Below are positions 52,741 to 64,000 of a stretch of 64,000 bases of DNA, piece after piece. Position 1 is the stretch's first letter, and each line of letters starts with the position of its first letter. The position numbers and the translations under genes were made by a program. The stretch comes from the human T2T-CHM13v2.0 reference genome, Homo sapiens, in assembly GCF_009914755.1 (NCBI RefSeq), contig NC_060942.1, one strand, 5' to 3'. The notes beneath the pieces were generated by a model. That model had not been told where the DNA came from. It searched no databases and was given only the letters and a program-made list of their open reading frames with translations.

Positions 52741-55450
52741 TGAGTTTTTGTGAAACAATAGACTACAATGATCAACGTGAACTCATCTGAGAGACTCCTC
52801 GGCAATCATGTCTCCTTTGTTCTTTAATCAGTTCTATTTCATCTTATTGGAAACAACTATTTTAATTTTATAAGCCTCCACTTTTCTCAAAACTTCCAAC
52901 TCCAATGCCATGTATACTCTCAACTAATGACTTCCCTTCTACCTTTCGGAGATAATTGGAGCTCAACATGAAAAATTTCTTCATTTCTTGTCACCAGATC
53001 TGTAAATGTGTTTTTTCTGAATTATGTTTCACTAGTGCCTTTCTATCAATATTTGACCATCCAAAGTCATCCATCTCTAGAAAGTAACAATACAGAAATA
53101 TAGGCCGTGTGTTTGTTGGAAATAAAATAACACTAACAAAGACCTCCCTGAACCAACATAGAAAAGAGAACACAGTTTATTACTACATGAACATGGTCAG
53201 ATTTTTATGCATGTAGGTACTACAAAGTGACTAAAATGAATAGGCAGACTTTCACATAATTTATTTAGCAAAGCAGAAGTAAGAATAACTTCTCATCTCC
53301 TCAAGAGACAAAGGGCTACATCCTAAGATAGTCCTCTTGTGAAAAACTCCCAAGTAAGTTTTGGAAGCATTTGTTTACAATTCCAAGGGTCAGAAAGTCC
53401 CCATTCTTCCATTGCAAAATCAAAAGCGTAAACCTGTTATTTGGACCTATTAAGATTTCAAGGAAATACTCTAAGGAAGACAGGATGGAGAGATAGTGAC
53501 CTCCAACCTCAAAAAAGTCATCATTTTACCCTTATGGTATGCTTTGCTTGGTATATGCATATGTATTTCTTAGCTTTGTAAAGTGAAAGAATCTAGAAGC
53601 AATGACACCCTAGTAGAACACCTAGCCTCTAGACCTTTGTATCCAAACACTATTTCTCCACGAAAGAAACCCACGCTCTTTGGGGAAATGATTAATTTTT
53701 AGAATAGGGAAAAATGGTTAATTCCTCCATCTACAGAGGAAGGCTGCCTCATTTGGATTGAAGCCACAACTGAGTAAGGGCTTCAATGCATGTAGGTGAC
53801 CCACGTGGGGTGTCAGAATCAAAACAAGGTGAGGGAGCATCCAGACAGAAGTATTATCCATCACCTGGTGTCTAAATCCCTCAGGCTAGTGGGAAGAGAA
53901 CACCCATGTAAGGCAGTGGCACAGAATGGGATAAAAAGGATTTGCATGTAGAAGAGTCAGGTCACTGTGGGATTTTCTGGTGTAAATAGACTGAAAGGGG
54001 CATCTGTATAGGAGGGCTCCAAGGTTTCCAGGTATCAAAGCCAAAGAACAGGAGAAGGAGTCCACACAGAAGTGGTGGCAGAACCCAAGCAAGATGAAAA
54101 GGGCATCACCACAGTGATGTAGCAAGGTTGGAGTGTCAGAGCCTGACTGAGCAGAATGGGGTGAGCACCCATGTGGGTTTAACCCAGGAAGGATGAGAAG
54201 AGTGTCTACGTGAAATGGATGATAATCTAGGGAGTAGATCAGAGCCCAGGGATGGCATCCAAGAATGATGGTGGCCAAGCATGAGGTGTTGGAGTCAGAG
54301 TAGAGTGAAGAAGGTAACTATACCCAGGGGTAGCTTAATGTAGAGTGCCAGGGTCTTGAATGGGGTCTGAGGATTAGACAGTAACAGGGTGTTAGTGGGA
54401 ATACAACCAATGCTGATAGTTGTGTTGTGAACACGTAGGAGAAACCTGTTTGTAAGGAATAAACCCCAACATATTTGGTGGTAACTGGGAATCAGGTCAG
54501 TAACTTATTCTCTAATGGTTCAAGAAATTTCCTTCTGTATTTTACTTGTAAATTTTGTCTAAAGCTCAATATATAAATATATATACTTTTATGAACTGGC
54601 AAAGAGCAAATTCATTCTTAGGTGTATTCTCAATATAAATGTATACATACTGAAAAGCTTCCTGTTTGGATGTTTGAAAGGAACCACCACATTCCATAGA
54701 ACATATTTACATGGGGCTTTTATTTAAAGGCAAACAATACGGTGCAGCAAGTGAAAGAGAGTGCGGGCATGGACTGGGAGTCTGAAAGACATCCCAGGTT
54801 GAAAGCTACCCAGGGCTCCAAGTATTCACAGACACAGAGTGTGCATTCTGTCTCCAGTGTCAACCACCAAGATTCTGTGCTAGGAATCATGCTTTCAGGA
54901 GGGCTTCGAGGAGAAATTCTCAACAAGCCTTTTATGTCTCCTTGTCCATGTAATCAAGCTAGGTTTGTCAAACCAATTAGGCCAGTTGTAACCCATCAGT
55001 GAAAAACTGACCCTGTAGGTTACCAAGAGGCATTTCCTGACTTTAAATCATACATGATAAACGTCATTGCAGTTATCTTCACCAAGAGTAAAAAATCCAG
55101 ATATCCAGGTTAAAAGACAAAGCTTTTTCTGTTCAGCTATAAATCTGCACATATTTTTACTAAAAAAAAAGAATATTTAAAGCATCATATTCATAATAAC
55201 AATAACAGAAGCCAACCCAAATATATCTATTAAGAGAAGAAATAGCAAATAAATTGTGATCTATTTCTACATGGAACACTATGGAACAATGAATAAATAT
55301 GCATTATTGTTACATAAAATAACATAGATCAATATGGCAAATAATGTACTGATAGTCCCTTTATATAAAGTTCAACACCCAGGCAAAACCAATCTCTTGT
55401 GTGAGAAATTAGGATATCAGTTGCCTTTGGGGTATTAAAAAAGAGTAATG

Positions 55451-55846
<396 letters not shown>

Positions 55847-56345
55847 TCATCAAGCTTAAAATTTGTTCTTAGATGTGCATATGCAATATTTCAATAAAAG
55901 TGATTTTAAAATACTTTATATAGGGTTGCACACATACACACACACATGTGCACACACATACTCGACATTTATACCTGCTTTTGGAGTCTTCTCAACAAAT
56001 CCATTTAACTTAACACTGAGTGGGTAGTGACATTACAGCATGTGTTTCTTTATTCTCTACCTTTTAAAGTTTTCTTCTATTATTTCTGTGAGTATTTGTT
56101 TTCATTTTTCATCTTGTATCTCTTGGTGACTCATTTAGATGGATATCACAACTTATGAATTCAAATTCCATTTCACTTAATGTTTCCCTATTTTTCATCT
56201 TTTTACATATTTTTAAATTTATTTTATGAAAATAGCTGAGGTTGATCCTCAAATTCAATTTGAAGGCAAAGGATGTTCATGCATAAAGTACTAGGCAGTT
56301 ATTTTTAAAAATGAGACAGATTTCAGTCTTGTACATGTGCTATAA

Positions 56346-56666
<321 letters not shown>

Positions 56667-57677
56667 CATATTTTTAAATTAAAAAATAGTACAATTTATG
56701 TAGTACAAGACCTTTAAAAATAATCTCTCCATGTGTATGTGGTCTGTGTGTCTTAAAAATGAGTGCAGGCAAATGTATTTCTAGAAACGTACTTTATTAG
56801 TTGGGTGCATTGGGTTGCAGGTAACAGAAAACATTCTTATAGTGACTTAAGCAATAAAGTCATCCAATTTTTCTACATAGCAAGACCTCTGGAAATGGAG
56901 ACTAACAGATTTCCTGCAGCAGCTCAACAATGTCAATCACCCAACTTCTTTCTGTTCTGCCACCACAGCACATTCCATTTTCATTCTATGTAATTCCTCA
57001 CAGTTATAAGATCACACACAACTAACACAACTTAAATAATTATGTCTTTAAACAATAAAAACCAAAGAAAGAAAAAATTTCATATATTTGGCCATCATTT
57101 TCATTAGAGGTCAAAATCCTACTAATAAGCTCCCTCCTTTGGCATTCTTCCTAAATACATTGTATTACCTGGAAACAGGACAAATATTCATCTCTAAATC
57201 AATGACAAGCAAAGGAATTACATTAACGTTTGTATTAGTTTGCTTTTGCTCCAATAATGCTTAAGAAACATGACAAGAAGTTACTGACCAATAACAGCAA
57301 GCATTTACTCCTTGCTCATGAATTTTGCGAATTGGTTGCAGCAGTTCTACCTTAGACTACAGATGAGAGTCAGGTGTGCTCCAGGTGTCTCTCATTCCTG
57401 GACCCATGTTGAAGGACACAGACTACTTAGGGCATTTGATTTTTATAATGCTTTATATATATTGATTTTTATAATGCTTTATAAGCAAGAGTTGAAGAGG
57501 AGAAGCTTCTTTAAAGTTCTGCTTAGTTACTTCTATTACTATTAACCTACCCAAATTCTATTGGGTAGAGCAGTCACATAGCCAAGCCCAAAGTCAGTGA
57601 TACAGGGAAATATTCTCTTTCCTCATTAAAAAAAGGTAAGGATGGGGAGGGAACAAGAATCATCTTTTTAAATTATT

Positions 57678-57966
57678 TTTTTCTGAGACAGAGTCTTGCT
57701 CTGTCATCCAGGCTGGAGTGCAGTGGCACAATCTTGGCTCACTGCATTCTTCGCCTTCTGGGTTCAAGTGATTCTCACTCCTCAGGCTCCCAAGTAGCTG
57801 GGATTACAGGTGCGCACCAGCGTACCCAGCTAATTTTTTGTATTTTTAGTAGAGAGGGGTTTTGCCTTGTTGCCCAGGCCGGTATCGAACTCCTGAGCTC
57901 TGGCAATCTGCCCGCCTCAGTTTCCCAAAGTGCTAGGATTACAGGCGTGAGACACTGCACCTGGCC
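57678..57966 (-). mobile_element. AluS-like within MLT1-like remnants (about 56790-57660)
   Basis: Full dimer, reverse orientation. Confidence 0.9.
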
Positions 57967-60482
57967 AGAGAACAAAGAATTATGAACACACAATACAATC
58001 TACCACAATATTCATGGCCTAGACCAACCATGGCTCATCCTCTCAGATTGGGAGAGGAATCCATTGTCTGTGAACTTGTTGCAACAATACAAACATAAAC
58101 AATCTATGGTCATTGTAAACAAGAAATAAGGAATTGTGGCTATTGAGTAGACAACAGTTCAATGTTGACTTCTCACTATTTAAACAAATTAGACTTTTTT
58201 CTAATTGAGAAAACACACAAACTTGAAGAAACAACTCCAATATTGATGAAAATAGCAGTGATTTATTTATTAACTAAATATTTTAATTCAACAATTTAGA
58301 AAGAGAGTTTTTAATCTTCCACAAACAATTCTACCTTATTTTAAAAAGGCTGCAATTTATATATATGGGACATTCATGTCACAGTATATCAGACAACTCT
58401 CTGACACCTTGGGTGCCCAGTTTTCTTTCAGGCAGGACATCAATATTTATCCTCTTTTAATTCTGGCCCATCCACTGGCACAGACTGGTCCCTTATGTTA
58501 TTATCATGAGCTAGTGATACAGGAAGAGAAGCATTGCTGATCTGTGAAACTGGACAATACATTTAATCTGTCTTGGTATTTAAACCACAGTAGGCACCAT
58601 GTTTAATTGGGTTTATGAAATGACATCTTGTTCAGGGCAAGGGTCAGTATTGAAGAGGAGCTATATTTAATGCTAAATTAAGTGCCCAAGTTAAAGCTAA
58701 ATTGTTACACACACAAGTCAGTAATTTCAGAACTATGACTTGCAAATAAATCACAAATTGACCTCTTTGAGCACACTGCAGGAAATACTTTGTGTGACAT
58801 TATATGGCACTAATTGTAAAAGCCAAATCTGACTTCTTTCCAATTATATGTCCAAAAATCATAACTGAGAATTCTCTCTCTTTGGATTTTCTGACATTCT
58901 TTCCTTAGTATTAAGGTAATGAATGGCTTCAAAGCTAAAGTTATGGGAAATGCAAGAGCTTATCCAATAGTTAATATCTGAATCTTAGGGTTTATCAACT
59001 GTAGCATATCTAAAGACACAAAACCCACCTTCGCTGATTTCCTGGATGCTCTAGATGTGCAAATACAAACCTCACTGCACATGGAAGTGCCCTGTCAGGC
59101 ACAATTTTCATAAAGGGAATTTAAATAGCTATTTTAATCTCTAGACCAGACTGTGCATTCCAGGAATCTAAGACTAATGAGCCACTTTCTCAGATAATCA
59201 CTTCTAAATAAACAAGATCTTTTGCACTGACCCAGGAATCTGCATTGTAGCTGAAAAATTAATTATACCAATATTATACTAGGCATATCTACAACAATAC
59301 AAAAGAATGTTCTCTCCATCTCCAAAGTTAGATGTTCATTCAGATGAAATGCAATTTATTCATCTGGAAAGTTCTAAATGTTTTCCTTTGCACCTCTAAA
59401 TGAGCAGAAAGATATTTCCTTTTAAGAAGAAAAGAGAAAATCCATGATTTTTACTTTTTCTTTAATATATATATATAAATCAATAAATTCCCAAACTAAA
59501 TTTCTCCCCTACTAATTTAATTTGGAATAAAATTAGAACCAATCGTTATGAGCAAAATGTTTTCAATTAAGACATAATTAATTAAATGTGCAAATGCAGA
59601 ATACATTTAGATGGGCTATCAGATGACTGATTATACTGGAAATCTAATTTTACACATAAATTGCCAGCCACACACTTCATCTTGAGCTGTTGATCCATAG
59701 CAAGTTACCGTAAGTTAAACCTTACCTCTGGAGGAAGCAGCCTCAGTGGACAAATTTTTCCCGCAGTAATTCTATGACCATGCCATAGTATCTGTCTTTA
59801 GAGGGTAATCAGAGGTATCTTGCATGAAGGAGCTTCATTCTTGCCATCCTCCTTGTTTTTCAAACAGCATTTTTTTTTATTTTAAATAAGTAATGCATGT
59901 CTTGGCAAATTGTGAAAGAAAGGCCTTTTACTCTTTTCTACTTACTAACCCTTTTCTACTCACTCTTTAAAAGGAAGTTGATAATCAAAGTATTAATGTG
60001 TGAAAAGGTACTGAGCTTTGAACAATTTTTGAATTACTTAATATTGCATTTTAAACTGTCTAAATTATAGATACAAATGTCTGAATCTATACTTGCTGTT
60101 GGTGTTTATGGGTTAAGTGTATCCTCAAACTAACCAGGATAATGAATTTTATTGCCTCAGAGATAGGATGATTTAGCAAGGTTCGTAATTGATATGCATC
60201 CATGTTGCTCTAAAAAATGAAGAGATTCCCATCCCATAGTTTAAAAAATGTATAGGTCCAAAAATTGGCTACAGTCAATAAGTCTTCTCTAAATCTGATG
60301 TTATTTAAGTTTCCTGAATATTTGAAAAATTTGTAAGATTTTTTCAAGGATTCTAAAAAGTGGGTGATTGAGGAGGAAAGCAAAAGTTGTCAGTGAGAAG
60401 CATTTGTTGAATGTCTACCATGTGCCAAGCAGTGCACTTGGTATTCTCATGTGTCATGTCTTTGTGTATCAATTACTAATCC

Positions 60483-60563
60483 ATAGGTTGATGCAAAAGT
60501 CATTGCAGTTTTAACCATCATTTTCAAGGGCAAAAAATCACAATTACTTTTGCACCAAATGAA
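60483..60563. mobile_element. MADE1 (diverged), apparently inside a MIR
   Basis: ataggttgatgcaaaagtcattgcag...caattacttttgcaccaaatgaa. Confidence 0.85.
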
Positions 60564-61160
60564 TATCATTTCTCAGTCCCAAGCCAATGCTTCTATACCT
60601 GTTTTTTTGCAATGTTTAGTTGGACATCTATAACGGCCTTCCATGAGGCAGCCTACTGTCTCCCAGAGCATGATAAGGAAGTTCCTTGGGTTAGATATCT
60701 TTCTAGCCTGAAATATTACAATTTGCATTTCAGCCCATTGAATTAGACATTTTTGTCTTCAGATAATTTCTTTGGAAATGCAAATGTTCCTCAAAGTGTA
60801 GCTACCTATTGGGTCACTGAAGCTTTAATATTAGCAGGTTTGCTGGTTCGCTTTCTTCAAGAATAGTGGATATTTTGCCAAAAAGGGAGAATAGGAAGCC
60901 AGAGTGGAAAGAGGGGAACAAAAACAGGGATGGATACAAGGGAAGGAGATAGATGGTATTAGCATTTACTACCCCATCATTATATGTACCTTGATTTGTT
61001 CCTGGAGTTGCTGAAGGATGACTCAGTTTCCCTTTTCTTGTGTAATTCTTTGATTCAGTTGTAGTCTGACTTTTGAAAGCTGACTGTAGAAAGAGGAATA
61101 TTTCGAAAAATAGGCAAAGTGATGTTACGGTTTAAAATCATCAAGTGGGAAATCCAAAAC

Positions 61161-61300
61161 CACGGTTCTCAACCTTAGCTACTCATGGAAACCACCTGGG
61201 AAATTTTTAAAAATACTGATGGATGGGTTCCATGCCCATAGACTTTTAAAAAATTCTTCCAAAGGATTCTGACATCCTAATCAGGGTTGAAAGCTACTGC
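61161..61300. mobile_element. MER5-type MITE
   Basis: cacggttctcaaccttagct...accacctgggaaatttttaaaaatactgat. Confidence 0.65.
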
Positions 61301-62039
61301 TCCAAAGAGCTTGACATAATCAAATGAACATTTATCAGGTGTTCACAAGGTTTAGGAAGGCCCAGCACAAAGCAAAACCATAGAGACGTTGAGTACTCTT
61401 TTGCTTCAGCATTCAGCATCCAATTCCAACTCCATGCTTTTCCTTACTTCCAACTTCCATTTTTGCCCCGAGCAACCTGTGCAGGAAACCATCAGTTTCC
61501 CTGCTCCACTGGACATCTAAAGACTATGGTGGTGATAGAAAATGAGAGTCATCAAAAAGGTCCAAGTTTAGTGAAGATGCGCAAAGGGAACCAGCCCTTC
61601 CCAAAGAATTCAGTGAATGAGCCAAGATTCTCCAGAAACCGCTCAGCTTTGCAGTGATAATTTTCTGTGAAGACATAGACTGAAATGGGAATAAGAGATA
61701 GAAAGTTGAAAAAGAATTTTCTCAGAATCCACATGTAACCTTACAGAAGGCAAACAGAAGGGTTAGTGAGATAAATGGAATCACGTAGCTGAGGTGAGAC
61801 AATGTAGGAAAATCAAGCATGAGACAGGAAATCAGGATATTGTGCTTCTTTGTGAAGACTCGGTTCCCTCTAATTGCTCGTAAACCTAAAATCTCTACTT
61901 CATTCTTTGTAACATTTTTCCTCATTTCTTTCTGGAATTTTTGGATTCCATGCTTTTTAAGATGGCTTGAGAGAAAGACTTATCAGAGTCAACCTAACAG
62001 GCATTTATTAAGACACTACCAGGGGTGAGACCCTGAGTA

Positions 62040-62211
62040 AATGATTGTCAAATTTGAATATGTGGTTAGAAACACCTGAAGGACTGCTGGGCCCCACACC
62101 CAGAGTTTATGATTCATTGAGTTTGAGCTGGGACTTGAGAATTTACATTTCTAGCAAATTCCCAGATGATACTGATATTGCTGTCTGGAGGCCACACTTT
62201 GAAGACCACTG
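62040..62211. mobile_element. MER5A
   Basis: ctgctgggccccacacccagagtttatgattca...gagaatttacatttctagcaaattcccagatgatactgat...cacactttgaagaccactg. Confidence 0.8.
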
Positions 62212-63391
62212 CCTCTAGGAATGGGAAAAGAAATTAGATACCAGCAATCTGTCCTTAATGAGATTGCTTAAGGCTTTGTATTAGGGATGTACTTTGTCAT
62301 GGAACATGTCATATAAATGACAAACTGAGAACACTGGCAACATATTTTAAAAGTAAAATATAGTACAATACACGCCAGAAGTTCTGAGAAGGATAAATAA
62401 TTAAGTAGTGGTGAGGCAGAAGAGGCTAATTAGAGATGACAAAGAATAATACAAAAACCATGGGCCACAGAGCCAGGGGTGGCCTGGAGCTGAGCTGAGC
62501 TTATTAGGGGACAACTGCATAGGTGGACCTAAGGGCAAAACTGAAGGTTTTAAATGCTATGAAGCGTAGGGCCATGCTGCTGGTGCTAATTAAGCACTGA
62601 GAACTACCTTTCATACAAGGCTGAGATCTGTACATGAGAGCTGAAACAGCCTCTTGCTACTTGATCATGAACATCTTCAGTTAGATCCAGAAAGGGTCTA
62701 GTGAGGGTAGGTGGGTTACTCAAAATCCCTAGTGTTTAATTAGTTTTAGTTAGTTGAGACTGATTGTGATGAAACACAACATTTAACTTTGCTATCTCCT
62801 AGGCAAGTGCTGCCAGAAATAAAAAGTCTCCTTTTTACAGAAAAGAGAACATGGAAAGGCGGTCCAGAGTTCAGTCTCAAAGGCAATGCTGGGCAGGGAC
62901 TGACAAAGGGTTGAGGAGTGTCCATTAACCTGGGTATTGGTGATGGAAAGCATATCCTGAAATTGGAGATAGCAAGACTCTTGGTGAACTGTTGAGTAGA
63001 CTGGGTTGAATTCAGTGAAGGATCTAAAGGAAAAATAAAAATATTAATGCTTCTATGTAGTTTTAAAAGTTGTGACCATAAGATAGCAAGTATAATCACA
63101 CACCAAAAAATGACTTTTCTGTCCCAAGTGAGTGGTAGGCTTCAATGTAGTCACCCAGAAAACATTAAATATTTGTCATATGTTCAAGATACATTTTGAA
63201 ACATCTAAGGAAATAGAAATTATCACTTTGTTACATGTGCATGTAGGTGCACACACAGAGTATTACTCAGCAAATTTTTTCAGCTTTATTCTATATAATT
63301 ATATATTTTTTCCAGCCTTATTCTGCCTGACTATCCAGATTTTACACTGTTTAGATCTGGCTGTTTCCAAATTGCACAAACTGTCTTGAAC

Positions 63392-64000
63392 TGAAATGGA
63401 CAGAAGGCAGGCAAATACTGGTAGAAGAGGGCAGGATCTTTGGCAAGGGCTCCACCCACAAGCCTGGACCCACAGCCCAAAGTGAGAACTATCCCTGTTT
63501 TCCCACCTGATTGTTGCCTTTTGGCCCACCCCACACCACCCCCTATCCTGTGCCCATAAGAATCCCAAGCCCCAGACTCAGTGGACACACACACAGAAGA
63601 GAGAAGTGTCTGGATATTGAGATGAGAAGAAGCAGCTGGAGGTCAGGGACTATGGTCAGAGAGGAGTTCAGCTGGAGACATCTGGGCTTCAGGGGAAGAT
63701 TATCTTCCTGCTCCATCCCCTTTCCAGCTCCCTTTCCTACTGAGGCCCACTTTTACCACTCAATAAAGTCCTCCACATTCACCATCTTCAATTTGTTCAT
63801 GTGACCTGATTCTTCCTGGACACTGGATCAGAACTCAGGTACCAAGACAGCAAAGTGTAAAAGGCTGTCACCCTCACCTTCCACTGAGCTGGTTAACACT
63901 TAGCCATCCACAGACAGCAAATGTTAAAGGAGCACTGATTGTAACACAGGCCCTCTGGGGCTCTGGGGGTCGCAGACAGCCCCTCCCAGACCGCAGAGCT
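63392..64000 (+). mobile_element. ERV1 LTR of the LTR1/LTR27 group, cut by window edge
   Basis: tgaaatggacagaaggcaggcaaatactggtagaagagggc start; actcaataaa polyA signal; gagctggttaacacttagccatcc. Confidence 0.75.

Overview
Primate nuclear DNA, almost certainly human: it carries an AluYa5 with all five diagnostic bases and an SVA. No intact multi-exon gene is visible. The window holds five mRNA-derived or pseudogenic copies, all on the minus strand: a ZNF114-like fragment, a CNN2 3' fragment, SLX9/FAM207A, TERF1 (PIN2 isoform) and FEM1A. They sit among Alu, L1, L2, MIR, MaLR/ERV LTRs, DNA-transposon MITEs and one SVA. From memory, this combination matches the pericentromeric segmental duplication shared by chr13/18/21-type loci; I cannot tell which copy this is. 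Most notable: (1) the TERF1 retrocopy has an uninterrupted 405-aa ORF whose ATG comes from its own target-site duplication, and it loses the tankyrase-binding motif; (2) the SLX9 retrocopy is open in frame from an ATG inside an adjacent LTR8; (3) a 54-bp near-perfect direct repeat 2.4 kb apart has a templated-insertion-like scar. Parent-protein comparisons and repeat subfamily calls are from memory, not from alignments. Repeat boundaries are approximate unless a TSD is quoted.
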